This document shows positions 49,394-62,894 of a DNA stretch of 64,000 bases, piece after piece. This stretch comes from an uncultured Pelagibacteraceae bacterium. GTDB taxonomy: Bacteria; Pseudomonadota; Alphaproteobacteria; Pelagibacterales; AG-422-B15. The stretch is taken from contig CACKBQ010000004.1 of assembly GCA_902598405.1 (NCBI GenBank), forward strand, positions 2,756 through 66,755, given 5' to 3'. A model generated the notes under the pieces. The model was not told the origin of the DNA, searched no databases, and saw only the letters and a list, made by a program, of their open reading frames with translations. The position numbers were made by a program, and so were the translations under genes. The first letter of the stretch is position 1. Each line of letters starts with the position of its first letter.

Positions 49394-51004
49394 ATGCTGT
49401 ACTTTTCAAATTTAAAAATATTTTCAGTATTGGCTGTAATCATAATTACTTTACTTTTTGCTGTTCCCAATTTCTTTGGGAAAGATCAATTAGAAACATT
49501 TCCAAATTTTTTTCCTAAGCAACAAGTAAACCTCGGCTTGGACCTTCAAGGGGGCTCACATTTATTGTTAGAGGTTGATACAGAAGAAATTATAAAGGAG
49601 AGAGTAGAAAACCTTAACGCAGACGTACGAAGAGTCTTAAAGAAAAACAATCTTAATTATAGTAATTTCAAGGTTTCAAATGAATCCCTAAAATTCATTG
49701 TAGAGGGTTTTAATAGCGAAATTCAAAAAGAAATTTCCGAGCTATCCATGAGTAACTCTCAAAATATTCTTGCAATGGGAGATCAAACTAATCTAATTAT
49801 CACCCAAGAAGAAAATACTGTTCAGATAAATTTTACTGAAGAATTTATAAAACAATCTGTTTCGAATGCAGTTGCCCAATCGTTAGAAATTGTTCGAAGG
49901 AGAATAGATGAACTCGGCACAAGAGAGCCATCAATACAAAGACAAGGATCATCCAGGATAATAATTCAATTACCAGGCATTGATGACCCTGACCGTATTA
50001 AGTCTTTACTGGGCCAAACGGCTAAACTTACTTTTCAATTAGTTGATACTTCTGTGAATTTTGATCCTTTTAATCCCTCGAAGGCACCAATTGGTTCAGA
50101 AATTTTGGAATCTGATGCGGATGAAGAGTTTAAATACATTGTAAAAAAGCGAATTATGGTTGGAGGTGAAAATCTTGTTGATGCGCAACCTGGTTTTGAT
50201 CCTCAAACAAATGAACCAATTGTATCTTTTAGGTTTGATCGTATAGGTGCAACAAAGTTTGGAAGGGTTACACAGCAAAATGTGGGCAAACCTTTTGCGA
50301 TTGTACTTGATAATAAAGTAATAAGTGCGCCAGTAATAAGGGAAGCTATTTTGGGTGGTTCTGGTCAGATTTCTGGAGGTTTTGACTCAGAAGAAGCAAA
50401 TGATCTTGCTATTCTTTTGCGAGCTGGTGCTTTACCTGCCCCACTAATTATTTTAGAAGAAAGGTCGGTTGGACCTGATCTTGGCGCTGACTCAATTGAA
50501 GCGGGTCAATTTGCTGCAATAATTGGTTTTATTGCTGTCATTATTTTTATGATATTTGTCTATAGATATTTTGGCCTGCTTGCAGATATAGCATTAATTA
50601 TAAACTTATTTATGGTCCTTGGCGTTTTATCTTTGTTTCAAGCAACTCTAACATTACCTGGTATCGCTGGAATAATATTAACAATTGGAATGGCTGTGGA
50701 TGCGAATGTTCTAATTTTTGAGAGAGTAAAAGAAGAAATTAGAAATGGATCGAATATGATGAATGCTGTTGAAAACGGGTATAAAAGAGCTTTATCAACA
50801 ATATTAGATGCAAATATCACAACATTGATTGCTGCAATAATATTATTTTTTATGGCTTCGGGGCCAGTGAGGGGTTTCTCTATTACATTGGCTATTGGAA
50901 TCTTTACATCAGTTTTCACTGCCTTTACTTTCACAAGATTGCTAATTTCATTCAACGCTAAAAGATTAAAACCAAATTTTGTAGGTCTAAGTAAAAATGT
51001 TTAA
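49394..51004 (+). CDS. secD: Protein translocase subunit SecD
   Basis: LGLDLQGG, RRRIDELG, LRAGALP, MAVDANVLIFER. Confidence 0.96.
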   Translation: MLYFSNLKIFSVLAVIIITLLFAVPNFFGKDQLETFPNFFPKQQVNLGLDLQGGSHLLLEVDTEEIIKERVENLNADVRRVLKKNNLNYSNFKVSNESLKFIVEGFNSEIQKEISELSMSNSQNILAMGDQTNLIITQEENTVQINFTEEFIKQSVSNAVAQSLEIVRRRIDELGTREPSIQRQGSSRIIIQLPGIDDPDRIKSLLGQTAKLTFQLVDTSVNFDPFNPSKAPIGSEILESDADEEFKYIVKKRIMVGGENLVDAQPGFDPQTNEPIVSFRFDRIGATKFGRVTQQNVGKPFAIVLDNKVISAPVIREAILGGSGQISGGFDSEEANDLAILLRAGALPAPLIILEERSVGPDLGADSIEAGQFAAIIGFIAVIIFMIFVYRYFGLLADIALIINLFMVLGVLSLFQATLTLPGIAGIILTIGMAVDANVLIFERVKEEIRNGSNMMNAVENGYKRALSTILDANITTLIAAIILFFMASGPVRGFSITLAIGIFTSVFTAFTFTRLLISFNAKRLKPNFVGLSKNV

Positions 51005-51923
51005 TATTTCTGGAACACAAATTAATTTTTTAAAAGTAAGGGTAATTACCTTTATTCTTTCTGCAATATTGATATTTCTTTCAATAGGGGCTTTTTTTGT
51101 AAATGGATTGAATTTTGGAATTGATTTTAAGGGTGGTACACTTATTGAAATCGAAACATCTCAAGAAATAGAAATTTCTGGTTTAAGAGATAACTTAAAT
51201 ACCCTTGAATTAGGGGATGTTCAAGTTCAAGAATTTGGATCTAGTAAAAATTTACTAATTAGAGTAGAGCAACAATTAGGTGGAGATCAAGTTCAACAAG
51301 ATGTTGTTCAAATAGTAAAAGATAGCTTAGGGTCTTATCTTTCATCCGATATTAATTTTAGAAGAACTGAGGTTGTAGGGCCTAAGGTTAGCGGAGAATT
51401 AATACAATCTGGTGCTATAGCAATTTTTGTCGCTGTATTTGCAATGCTTGTTTACATTTGGTTTAGGTTTGAATGGCAGTTTTCACTAGGAGCAGTTCTC
51501 GCACTTGTTCATGATGTCATATTAACCATAGGTGTTTTTTGTTTAACTCAATTAGAGTTCAATTTACCCATCATTGCCGCAATACTTACTATTGTTGGAT
51601 ACTCTATGAACGATACAGTTGTTGTGTACGATAGGGTCAGAGAAAACTTACGTAAGTACCGTTCTAAAGAAATTACAGATTTATTAAATTTGTCAATTAA
51701 CGATACTTTATCAAGAACAATTGTAACTTCTGTGACTACGCTTTTAGCTTTGTTATCGTTATTCATTTTTGGAGGTGAAGTGATTAAAGGGTTTACGTTT
51801 GCAATGATTTGGGGAGTTATAGTTGGAACATATTCATCAATTTTTGTAGCAGCGCCATTACTGAGATACCTTGATGTAAAACGTGAGTGGAATACGACGT
51901 CAGCAGTAGACTCAACTAGATAA
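50997..51923 (+). CDS. secF: Protein translocase subunit SecF
   Basis: GIDFKGG, RFEW, GYSMNDTVVVYDRVRE, GTYSSI. Confidence 0.96.
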   Translation: MFNISGTQINFLKVRVITFILSAILIFLSIGAFFVNGLNFGIDFKGGTLIEIETSQEIEISGLRDNLNTLELGDVQVQEFGSSKNLLIRVEQQLGGDQVQQDVVQIVKDSLGSYLSSDINFRRTEVVGPKVSGELIQSGAIAIFVAVFAMLVYIWFRFEWQFSLGAVLALVHDVILTIGVFCLTQLEFNLPIIAAILTIVGYSMNDTVVVYDRVRENLRKYRSKEITDLLNLSINDTLSRTIVTSVTTLLALLSLFIFGGEVIKGFTFAMIWGVIVGTYSSIFVAAPLLRYLDVKREWNTTSAVDSTR

Positions 51924-51924
51924 T

Positions 51925-52533
51925 TTAGTAAAGATTTTGTGCAACTACCATTGCTAACAGCATAGGAATGGAAAGCACGGTGTTTGTTCTTGAGAATAGC
52001 ATTGCTGTTCTGGCTGATTTTGCTTTTGTATCTGCATCAACTTGAACAATCCCCAATGCCTTCTTTTGATTTGGCCAAATAACCATCCATACATTATAAG
52101 CCATTATGATAGCAAGCCACATACCAATTCCTATTGTAAGTTCTTTACCATTAAATCCATAAGCCAGTGTAAATGTAAGTGCATTGACTGATCCCTCATG
52201 TCCATAATAAAGAGCTAGAGTTGTAAGACCTGTAATTAATGTTGCCAAAGCAGCCCATCTGAACCAGAAAAGAGCCGCAGGGGCAATAACTTTTCCTATT
52301 GCTGGCTTTTGCTCATCAGGAATATTTGGCATATTAGGAATCTGTACGAAGTTAAAGTAATAGAGGAGGCCAATCCACATGACTCCAGATATGACGTGAA
52401 GAAATCTCGAGAGTGAGGCCCAATATAGTTGGTCAAAGCCACCATAGTGGCCTGTAACCATAATGAGTAAAAGAATTGCCAACAATGTTCCAAGTATGAC
52501 TGTTCTTTGCAATGATTGTAATATTGATGCCAT
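51925..52533 (-). CDS. Urate hydroxylase PuuD N-terminal-domain-like membrane protein
   Basis: RFLHVISGVMWIGLLYYFN, LFWFRWAA, MAYNVW.VIWPNQK, SRTN..LSIPM; no CxxCH. Confidence 0.8.
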   Translation of the reverse strand: MASILQSLQRTVILGTLLAILLLIMVTGHYGGFDQLYWASLSRFLHVISGVMWIGLLYYFNFVQIPNMPNIPDEQKPAIGKVIAPAALFWFRWAALATLITGLTTLALYYGHEGSVNALTFTLAYGFNGKELTIGIGMWLAIIMAYNVWMVIWPNQKKALGIVQVDADTKAKSARTAMLFSRTNTVLSIPMLLAMVVAQNLY

Positions 52534-52581
52534 TAACGATTCATAGCATGTTTTATGCGTGTGTGTAAAATATTTATGTGA

Positions 52582-55410
52582 CTATTTGAGAATTTTATTT
52601 AAATACTGACCTGTATAACTTTTTTTGAGTTTTGCAATATCTTCTGGTGAACCGCTTCCTATTATTTCACCACCACCGTCACCCCCTTCTGGGCCCAAGT
52701 CAATGATCCAATCAGCTGTTTTTATGACGTCTAAATTATGCTCTATCACAACAACAGTGTTACCTTGATCTACTAAAATTTGGAGTACTTCGAGTAGTTT
52801 CTTAATGTCATGGACATGAAGCCCTGTAGTTGGCTCATCAAGTATGTACAAGGTTTTGCCTGTGGCTCTTTTTGAAAGTTCTTTTGAAAGTTTAATTCTT
52901 TGTGCTTCACCACCTGATAAAGTAGTAGCTTGCTGACCAATTTTTATATAGCCAAGCCCTACATTTTGAAGTGTATCGAGTTTCTTTTTAATCATTGGGA
53001 TTGCTTCAAAAAAAGAACATCCTTCTTCAACTGTCATATCTAAAATATCTGCAATACTCTTATCTTTGTACTTAATTTCAAGCGTTTCTCTGTTGTATCT
53101 TTTGCCCTCACATTCATCGCAAGTGACATATACATCAGGAAGAAAGTGCATCTCTATCTTAATTACACCATCACCTTCACAAGCTTCACATCTACCGCCC
53201 TTAACATTAAATGAAAATCTTCCAGCTTTATAACCTCTGGCTTTTGATTCTGGCAAACCGGTAAACCAGTCTCTTATAAAAGTGAAGGCTCCGGTATAAG
53301 TTGCGGGATTTGATCTTGGGGTCCTTCCAATTGGAGATTGGTCAATATCTATAACTTTATCAAGTTCTTGAAGACCCTTTATTTCCTTATGCTTTGCAGG
53401 TGTGTACCTTGACCCGTTCAACGTTTGTGCGACTGACTTAAAAAGCGTATTAATTGTTAAAGTTGATTTACCGCTACCAGAAACTCCGGTAATACAAGTA
53501 AGTGTTCCAAGAGGAATTTCGCAGTCGACATTTTTAAGATTATTGCCCTCAGCTTTTATAATTTCTATATATTTATTATTTAGAGCTTTTCTTCTATTGC
53601 TAGGTATTTCAATTTTTAGTTTACCAGATAAGTATTGACCAGTTATGCTATTTTGATTTTTTTTAATTTTTGTAACATTACCCTCAGCAACTACTCTTCC
53701 GCCATTAACGCCAGCAGCTGGTCCCAAGTCAACTACATGATCAGCTGTCGTGATTGCCTCTTCATCATGCTCAACGACAATAACTGTATTTCCAAGATCT
53801 CTTAATCTTTTAAGAGTTTTTAACAATCTTTCATTATCACGCTGATGCAAGCCAATCGAGGGTTCGTCTAGCACATAGAGAACTCCTGTCAAACCTGATC
53901 CAATTTGTGATGCAAGACGAATACGTTGTGACTCACCGCCTGATAAACTACCCGAACCTCTTGAAAGAGTTAGATATTCAAGACCTACATTATTTAAAAA
54001 AAGTATCCTTTCATTGAGTTCCTTAAGAATTCTAAATGCAATTTCTTTTTCTTTTTTAGTTAATTTTTTTTCAAGTTTCTGAAACCAAATAACAAGTTCT
54101 TTAATAGATTTGTCGCATACTTCACCTATGTGCAGCTTGTCTATCTTTACAGCCAATGCAGTCTCTTTAAGCCTAAAACCATTGCATGCATGGCATCTTA
54201 CTTCACTCTGATATCTCTCAATTCTTCCGCGCATCCAATCACTTTCTGTCTCTAGATATCTGCGCTCAAGATTATTGATTACTCCTTCGAAAGGTCTTTC
54301 ATACTCATAACCGTCATCATAAGTAAACTTTAATTCTGTTTCACCAGAGCCATAAAGAATTATGTTTTGAATTTTTTTTCCTAGTGATTTCCAGGGTGTA
54401 TCAAGTGAAAATTTATATTTTCTAGCTACAACCTTTAAAATATTTCTAAAATACCCGTATCTCGAGACTGGCCAAGGAGCAAGTGCATCCTCATTTATTG
54501 AAAGGTTTTTATTTGGAACAACTAAATTAGGATCAATTGATAAATCGGTACCAATTCCATCACACTCTTCACACGCTCCATAAGGATTATTAAAAGAAAA
54601 TAACCTTGGTTCAATTTCGTCAATTGTGAAACCAGATACAGGACAAGCAAATTTTGATGAAAATAGTTCATTATCTACTTTACCATTTTTCATTTCGAAG
54701 TTTTCAACGATCACCAATCCATCACTTAAATTGAGGGCAGTTTCGACACTATCCGCCAACCTGTTACCTATTTCATCGTTTAGTACGATACGGTCTACTA
54801 CAACCTCGATGTCATGTTTCTTTTTTTTATCAATTTCAGGTAAAGAGTCGAATTCGTATAATTCCCCATCAATCTTTACTCTTTGAAAACCTTTCTTGTG
54901 CAATTCTTGTAATTCCTTTTTGTACTCACCTTTTCTTCCTCTGATAATTGGAGACAATATTAGAAACTTTGAACCTATTTCTCTTTCTTTTATTCGATCA
55001 ACTATTTGGGTCACTGTCTGACTTTTAATGGGTAATCCGGTTGCAGGAGAATAGGGTATTCCAACTCTCGCAAAAAGAAGACGAAGATAATCATACACCT
55101 CAGTAACAGTACCAACTGTTGACCTAGGATTTTTTGATGTTGTTTTTTGTTCGATGGAAATTGCGGGACTTAACCCTTCTATTAAATCAACATTTGGTTT
55201 TTGCATCATTTGCAAAAACTGTCTTGCATAAGCTGATAAGCTCTCAACGTATCTTCTTTGGCCTTCGGCATAAATAGTATCAAATGCAAGGGAAGATTTA
55301 CCTGAGCCAGACAAACCAGTTATTATTGTTAGCTTCTCACGGGGTATTTTGACGTTAACATTTTTTAAATTATGTTCACGGGCTCCTTGTACTGAAATTG
55401 TCTTACTCAT
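52582..55410 (-). CDS. uvrA: Excinuclease ABC subunit A
   Basis: GAREHNLKN, two ABC cassettes ([16 protein letters not shown]), zinc-finger CxxC pairs. Confidence 0.98.
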   Translation of the reverse strand: MSKTISVQGAREHNLKNVNVKIPREKLTIITGLSGSGKSSLAFDTIYAEGQRRYVESLSAYARQFLQMMQKPNVDLIEGLSPAISIEQKTTSKNPRSTVGTVTEVYDYLRLLFARVGIPYSPATGLPIKSQTVTQIVDRIKEREIGSKFLILSPIIRGRKGEYKKELQELHKKGFQRVKIDGELYEFDSLPEIDKKKKHDIEVVVDRIVLNDEIGNRLADSVETALNLSDGLVIVENFEMKNGKVDNELFSSKFACPVSGFTIDEIEPRLFSFNNPYGACEECDGIGTDLSIDPNLVVPNKNLSINEDALAPWPVSRYGYFRNILKVVARKYKFSLDTPWKSLGKKIQNIILYGSGETELKFTYDDGYEYERPFEGVINNLERRYLETESDWMRGRIERYQSEVRCHACNGFRLKETALAVKIDKLHIGEVCDKSIKELVIWFQKLEKKLTKKEKEIAFRILKELNERILFLNNVGLEYLTLSRGSGSLSGGESQRIRLASQIGSGLTGVLYVLDEPSIGLHQRDNERLLKTLKRLRDLGNTVIVVEHDEEAITTADHVVDLGPAAGVNGGRVVAEGNVTKIKKNQNSITGQYLSGKLKIEIPSNRRKALNNKYIEIIKAEGNNLKNVDCEIPLGTLTCITGVSGSGKSTLTINTLFKSVAQTLNGSRYTPAKHKEIKGLQELDKVIDIDQSPIGRTPRSNPATYTGAFTFIRDWFTGLPESKARGYKAGRFSFNVKGGRCEACEGDGVIKIEMHFLPDVYVTCDECEGKRYNRETLEIKYKDKSIADILDMTVEEGCSFFEAIPMIKKKLDTLQNVGLGYIKIGQQATTLSGGEAQRIKLSKELSKRATGKTLYILDEPTTGLHVHDIKKLLEVLQILVDQGNTVVVIEHNLDVIKTADWIIDLGPEGGDGGGEIIGSGSPEDIAKLKKSYTGQYLNKILK

Positions 55411-55519
55411 AAGAATTAATTAATCTTAACACTCCTGATTTAAAGATAACCTGTGCATAAACAGCAAAATAGGGATTTTTGTATGTACAGTGCATCAATA
55501 TCTGGATAAATTACAGTAT

Positions 55520-55978
55520 ATGGCTGCTAGTTTAAATAAAGTAATGCTCATAGGTAATCTTGGAGCAGATCCCGTAATTCGTCAGACTCAAGATGGGAAA
55601 AGGCTTGCCCAACTTAGCTTAGCCACATCCGAGTCATGGAAAGACAAGGCAACAGGAGAGAAAAAAGAAAAAACCAGTTGGCATAGAATAGTCATATTTA
55701 ACGATGGTTTAGCTGGTGTTGTTGAGAGTTACCTTAAGAAAGGCTCAAAAATTTACATTGAAGGCCAACTACAAACTAGGAAATTTACAGATCAGAGCGG
55801 AGTTGAAAAATATACGACAGAAATAGTTCTTGGAAACTATAATGGCGTACTTACCATGCTTGACTCAAGGAACTCGGGAGGCGGCGATTCAATTCCAGAT
55901 ATGGGTTCAGATATAAATCAAGACATGGGAGACAGTGCTCCACCTGACCTTGATATAGACGACGAAATACCCTTTTAA
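55520..55978 (+). CDS. ssb: Single-stranded DNA-binding protein
   Basis: [21 protein letters not shown]-terminal DDEIPF; ATG 55520 preferred. Confidence 0.97.
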   Translation: MAASLNKVMLIGNLGADPVIRQTQDGKRLAQLSLATSESWKDKATGEKKEKTSWHRIVIFNDGLAGVVESYLKKGSKIYIEGQLQTRKFTDQSGVEKYTTEIVLGNYNGVLTMLDSRNSGGGDSIPDMGSDINQDMGDSAPPDLDIDDEIPF

Positions 55979-56100
55979 GTCTACTTTTTTCAATCGAAAA
56001 CTGGGCAAATTTCTGATATAATATTCTTAATTTTTATAACAAAATCGTGCTTATTTTTCCTATTTTTTAGGGATTTTTAGCGCTTCAATAGGTAGTAGAA

Positions 56101-58806
56101 TTGACTGATTCCAAGGATCAAAATGAAGATCTTAAAACAGGTAAAGAGCAATCTGTAATCCCCATATTAATCGATACAGAAATGCAAAATTCTTACCTCG
56201 ATTACGCTATGAGCGTAATCGTTAGTAGGGCATTACCCGATGTTAGAGACGGACTTAAACCAGTTCATAGAAGGATTTTATATGCAATGCATGAGTCAGG
56301 CTATGAGTGGAATAAACAACATAGAAAGAGTGCTCGAGTTGTCGGTGATGTTATTGGTAAATACCATCCGCATGGAGATCAAGCTGTTTATGATGCGTTG
56401 GTCAGACTTGCCCAAGACTTCTCAATGAGCGTGCCACTATTAGATGGTCAAGGCAATTTTGGATCAATGGACGGTGATAGGGCTGCTGCAATGAGATACA
56501 CGGAAGTTAGAATGGCAAAAATTGCTAGTTTCCTTCTTGAAGATATAGAAAAAGAAACGGTCGACTTTAGACCTAATTATGATGAAACTGAAAGTGAGCC
56601 ATCTGTTCTTCCTGCAAAATATCCAAACCTACTTGTCAACGGTGCAGGTGGTATAGCCGTTGGTATGGCGACTAACATTTTACCTCATAATTTAGGAGAG
56701 GTCATTGATGCTAGTATTGCTTACCTTAAAAATACCGATGTAACTTTTGAGGAAATAAATCAAATTATAAAAGGTCCAGACTTTCCTACGGGTGGAACAA
56801 TTATTGGTATAAAAGGCATAAAAGACTCTCAGTCATCAGGAAGAGGCTCAATCATTGTTCAGGCAAAATCAAACATAGAGGAATTTAAAACAGATCGAGA
56901 AGCAATCGTATTTACCGAAGTACCTTACCAAGTTAACAAATCATCTTTGCTTGAGAAAATAGCTGAACTTGTCAGAGATAAAAAAATTGATGGTATAAGT
57001 GATTTAAGAGATGAGTCTGACCGCCAAGGAGTGAGGGTTGTTGTTGAATTAAAAAAAGGGGTAATATCACAAGTTGTATTAAATAAATTATATAAATTTA
57101 CTGCACTACAAAGTTCTTACGGTGTTAATTCATTAGCGTTGGTAAACGGAAAACCAAAATTAATGAATATAAAAGAATTCATTCACCATTTTATAGAATT
57201 CAGAAAAGAAATTATCAGAAACAGGACTCGTCATGATCTCGGCAAAGCAAGAGATAGGGCCCATGTATTAATTGGCCTAGCAGTTGCTGTTGCTAATGTT
57301 GATCAAATAATAGAAATAATTAAAAGCTCCAAAGATCCTAATGAGGCAAGAACCTCGCTTCTTAAAACTAAGTGGCTAAGTAAGGATATTGATGATTTGT
57401 TAAAGTTAGTTGATGACCCAAGGCAAATTAAAAATGAAAAAGAAATTTATTTAACAGACGAGCAGGCCAAAGCGATATTAGAGTTAAGGTTGCAACGTTT
57501 GACTGCTCTAGGTAAAGATGAGATCAAGTCAGAGTTATCAGATCTTTCCAATCAAATAAACAAATTCCTCTCAATATTAAGGGATACTGAGGTATTGAAT
57601 GATGAAATAAATGTTGAGCTAAATGAAATTAAAAATCAATTTGCAATACCAAGAAGAACAGAAATTAATGAGGGCGAGGCTACAGATATTGATCAAGAAG
57701 ACCTTGTTCAAAGAAGTGATATGGTCGTAAGTGTAACAAACTCAGGTTATATAAAAAGGGTTCCTTTAAATATGTACAGAGCACAGAAAAGAGGTGGCAA
57801 AGGAAGAGCAGGAATGAAAACCAATGAAGAAGATTTTGTAACTCAAGTTTTTACATCAAGTACTCATGACAATATGTTGTTTTTCTCGTCTGGAGGAATA
57901 GCTTACAAACTTAAGACATGGAAGATTCCTGAGTCATCACCCCAAGCTAAGGGCAAAGCAATAATCAATCTCTTAAATCTTAAAGACACTGAAAGTCTAT
58001 CAAGTATCCTTGTGTTGCCAGAAAATAAACAATCAAATGGAAATGAGTATTTAATATTTGCTACATCAGACGGCAGCATCAGAAAAAATAGTTTAGAAGA
58101 TTTCAAAAGGATTCAAGCAAATGGTAAAATTGCAATGAAACTAGATAATAATAATGCAATCGTTGGTGTAAAACTTTGTAATGATGAAGACGATATTTTA
58201 CTATCAACAAAACATGGAAAGTGTATTCGAACTCCTGTTTCAAAATTGAGAACAACTAAAAGTAGAAGTTCGGTGGGTGTAAGGGGCATCAGGCTAACAA
58301 AAGATGATAAAATTATTTCAATTTCTGTCATTTCTCATACTGATGTATCGTCAGCAGAAGCAAAAGCTTACTTAAAAATGATTTCAAAGGAAAAAGGAAT
58401 GCAAGAAGAAACCGAGAGTGACGATAATGATACTGATAACTCTGTTTCTGACATTGAAATATCTAAGGATCGATATGATGAATTAAAAGCGAGAGAACAA
58501 TTCATTTTAACCGTTACTGAAAATGGCTTTGGTAAAAGATCTTCTTCTTACCAGTTTAGAGTTTCTAATCGCGGAGGATCGGGCATTATGTGTATTGCGA
58601 CATCAAATAGAAATGGCAATGTTTTAGCTTCTTTTCCAGTCAATAATGATGATGATATAATGCTGATAACTAAAACAGGTCAATTAATTCGCTGCCCAGT
58701 AAAAGATGTTCGCGTAGCTGGTAGAAATACGCAGGGAGTAAGTATATTTAAAACAACAAAAGAAGAAAAAGTTGTTTCTGCAAGCAGAGTTGAGCTAGAT
58801 AGTTAA
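56101..58806 (+). CDS. gyrA: DNA gyrase subunit A
   Basis: [26 protein letters not shown], GyrA box QKRGGKG; TTG start. Confidence 0.97.
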   Translation: MTDSKDQNEDLKTGKEQSVIPILIDTEMQNSYLDYAMSVIVSRALPDVRDGLKPVHRRILYAMHESGYEWNKQHRKSARVVGDVIGKYHPHGDQAVYDALVRLAQDFSMSVPLLDGQGNFGSMDGDRAAAMRYTEVRMAKIASFLLEDIEKETVDFRPNYDETESEPSVLPAKYPNLLVNGAGGIAVGMATNILPHNLGEVIDASIAYLKNTDVTFEEINQIIKGPDFPTGGTIIGIKGIKDSQSSGRGSIIVQAKSNIEEFKTDREAIVFTEVPYQVNKSSLLEKIAELVRDKKIDGISDLRDESDRQGVRVVVELKKGVISQVVLNKLYKFTALQSSYGVNSLALVNGKPKLMNIKEFIHHFIEFRKEIIRNRTRHDLGKARDRAHVLIGLAVAVANVDQIIEIIKSSKDPNEARTSLLKTKWLSKDIDDLLKLVDDPRQIKNEKEIYLTDEQAKAILELRLQRLTALGKDEIKSELSDLSNQINKFLSILRDTEVLNDEINVELNEIKNQFAIPRRTEINEGEATDIDQEDLVQRSDMVVSVTNSGYIKRVPLNMYRAQKRGGKGRAGMKTNEEDFVTQVFTSSTHDNMLFFSSGGIAYKLKTWKIPESSPQAKGKAIINLLNLKDTESLSSILVLPENKQSNGNEYLIFATSDGSIRKNSLEDFKRIQANGKIAMKLDNNNAIVGVKLCNDEDDILLSTKHGKCIRTPVSKLRTTKSRSSVGVRGIRLTKDDKIISISVISHTDVSSAEAKAYLKMISKEKGMQEETESDDNDTDNSVSDIEISKDRYDELKAREQFILTVTENGFGKRSSSYQFRVSNRGGSGIMCIATSNRNGNVLASFPVNNDDDIMLITKTGQLIRCPVKDVRVAGRNTQGVSIFKTTKEEKVVSASRVELDS

Positions 58807-58849
58807 TAAATTACTAGAGGTCTTTAAATAATCATTATATATTCCAAAC

Positions 58850-59329
58850 ATGAGTAGAACTGGCATATATCCTGGAAGCTTTGATCCCATTCATAAAGGG
58901 CACATTGATATTATCAATAGGGCTACAAAACTTGTTGATAAATTATATATCGCAGTTGCTGACAGCCAGCATAAATCACCTTTATTTGATTTAGATGAAA
59001 GAAAAGAAATGATAGAAAATGAGTTTTCATCAAATGATAAAATTGAAGTAATTGCATTTGATAATTTATTGATTGATTTAGCTAATTCACTAGATGCAAA
59101 GATACTCATAAGAGGTCTTCGTGTTGTTTCTGATTTTGAATATGAGTTTCAGATGTTGGGCATGAATAGACAATTAGATAATAATATTGAAACAGTATTC
59201 TTAATGGCAGACGCTCAACGGCAATCAATTTCCTCTAATTTTGTAAAAGAAATTGCACGTTTGGGAGGAAATATTGGTAATTTTACAAATAAGTTTGTTG
59301 AGCAAAAATTAAAAGATAAATTCAAATAA
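58850..59329 (+). CDS. coaD: Phosphopantetheine adenylyltransferase
   Basis: YPGSFDPIH.GH, RGLR..SDFEYE, ISS..VKE. Confidence 0.96.
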   Translation: MSRTGIYPGSFDPIHKGHIDIINRATKLVDKLYIAVADSQHKSPLFDLDERKEMIENEFSSNDKIEVIAFDNLLIDLANSLDAKILIRGLRVVSDFEYEFQMLGMNRQLDNNIETVFLMADAQRQSISSNFVKEIARLGGNIGNFTNKFVEQKLKDKFK

Positions 59330-59334
59330 ATAAA

Positions 59335-59886
59335 ATGAAATTAATAAGAACTTTAATCTTTGTATTTTCATTTTTTATAGCGTTAATCGCAGAAGGAGTT
59401 GTCATGGCAAATGACCCAGAAAATTCAATCCAAATAGAGCTTAAAGATGGTAATGTAATAATAGAACTACTACCTGATATCGCTCCAAATCACGTAAATA
59501 GAATTAAAGAACTTGCAAGAGAGGGCTTTTATGACGGAGTACCCTTTCACCGTGTTATAGAGGGCTTTATGGCTCAAACTGGTGATGGTGAAAATAGAAA
59601 TGGAACAGGCGGATCAACCAAACCTGATTTGAAAAATGAATTTGGTGATACACCCCATCTTCGTGGAACAGTATCAATGGCAAGAACAGCCGATCCGGAT
59701 TCAGCTAATAGTCAATTTTTTATATGTTTTGCTGAGGCTCCACATCTAGACGGCCAGTATACTGTTTTTGGTCAAGTCGTAGAAGGGATGGAGTTTGTTG
59801 ACAAGATTAAACGTGGAGAGCCAGGCTCTGGAAGTGTAGATAACCCAGATGAAATGATAACTGTAAGGGTCATTTCAGATCTATAA
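59335..59886 (+). CDS. Cyclophilin-type peptidyl-prolyl isomerase
   Basis: FHRVIEGFMAQTGD, SMAR, SQFFI, LDGQYTVFG; start may be the later Met. Confidence 0.93.
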   Translation: MKLIRTLIFVFSFFIALIAEGVVMANDPENSIQIELKDGNVIIELLPDIAPNHVNRIKELAREGFYDGVPFHRVIEGFMAQTGDGENRNGTGGSTKPDLKNEFGDTPHLRGTVSMARTADPDSANSQFFICFAEAPHLDGQYTVFGQVVEGMEFVDKIKRGEPGSGSVDNPDEMITVRVISDL

Positions 59887-59891
59887 TTTTC

Positions 59892-62014
<2,123 letters not shown>

Positions 62015-62800
62015 TTACTTACCTTTGAATTCAGCTTTTTTCTTTTGAATGAACGACATTACTCCAATTTTGCTATCCTCAGTTTTGCCAGCAATTGTTT
62101 GTGCTGAGCTTTCAGCAGCAAGCTGACCTTCAAAGTTATTCGAAAAACTATCCCAATATAACTGTTTAATTAATTTTAAAGCTACAGTTGGTCCTGAAGC
62201 TAATGTTCTTGCTGTACTCATTACTTCTTCCATTAGTTTGTCATCTTCAACAACATGATTTACAAGACCCCATTCAAGAGCTTTATCAGCTAAAACTTTT
62301 TCACCAATTAATGAAAATTCCATTGCTCTTGCCATACCTATTTTTCGAGGAATTAAATACGTAGAGCTAGCATCTGGTACAAGTCCTATAAATTTGAACG
62401 CTTGATAAAAGTATGCAGATTTAGAGGCATAAACTAAATCTCCAAATACACCCAATGAACAACCTGCGCCAGCAGCCACTCCATTAACAGCCGTAATCAA
62501 CGGAACATTTAGATTTTTTAAATCTATTAAAAAAGGATGGTAAACTTTTTCTAAGGTTTCTCCCGGATCTATATTATCGCCTAAGCTTGCTCCTTCAACA
62601 AGGTTTGCGCCCGCACAAAAACCTCTTCCAGCTCCTGTTAGGACGGCACATCGAACTTTTAATTCTCCACTATTTATAGATTTTACTTGCTTATGAAGCT
62701 CTGAAATCATGTCCATAGAAAGTGCGTTTAGCCTTTCAGGGTCATTCAGCGTTAAAATAGCTATATCATCAACGATTTCAGTTTTTAAAACATTGGTCAT
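62015..62800 (-). CDS. Enoyl-CoA hydratase/isomerase family protein
   Basis: LNAL, FCAGANL, AVNGVAAGAG, GLVPD, FIQKK...F.G. Confidence 0.92.
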   Translation of the reverse strand: MTNVLKTEIVDDIAILTLNDPERLNALSMDMISELHKQVKSINSGELKVRCAVLTGAGRGFCAGANLVEGASLGDNIDPGETLEKVYHPFLIDLKNLNVPLITAVNGVAAGAGCSLGVFGDLVYASKSAYFYQAFKFIGLVPDASSTYLIPRKIGMARAMEFSLIGEKVLADKALEWGLVNHVVEDDKLMEEVMSTARTLASGPTVALKLIKQLYWDSFSNNFEGQLAAESSAQTIAGKTEDSKIGVMSFIQKKKAEFKGK

Positions 62801-62894
62801 TTATTAAGTAATACATGCATATGAGAAAACAAAAAAGTATATTTTTTTGTTATTTTGGATTAGTTTATAAAACTTGTTTAATAAAGGATAAAAT

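Noticed and set aside
55451-55516. E. coli-type SOS boxes (CTG...CAG) before ssb
   Set aside because: Spacers are 8 and 9 nt rather than 10, and it is the wrong motif class for an alphaproteobacterium; DnaA-like boxes fit better.
58380-58470. Acidic insertion in the GyrA C-terminal domain
   Set aside because: A common feature of alphaproteobacterial GyrA; not an intein or novelty.
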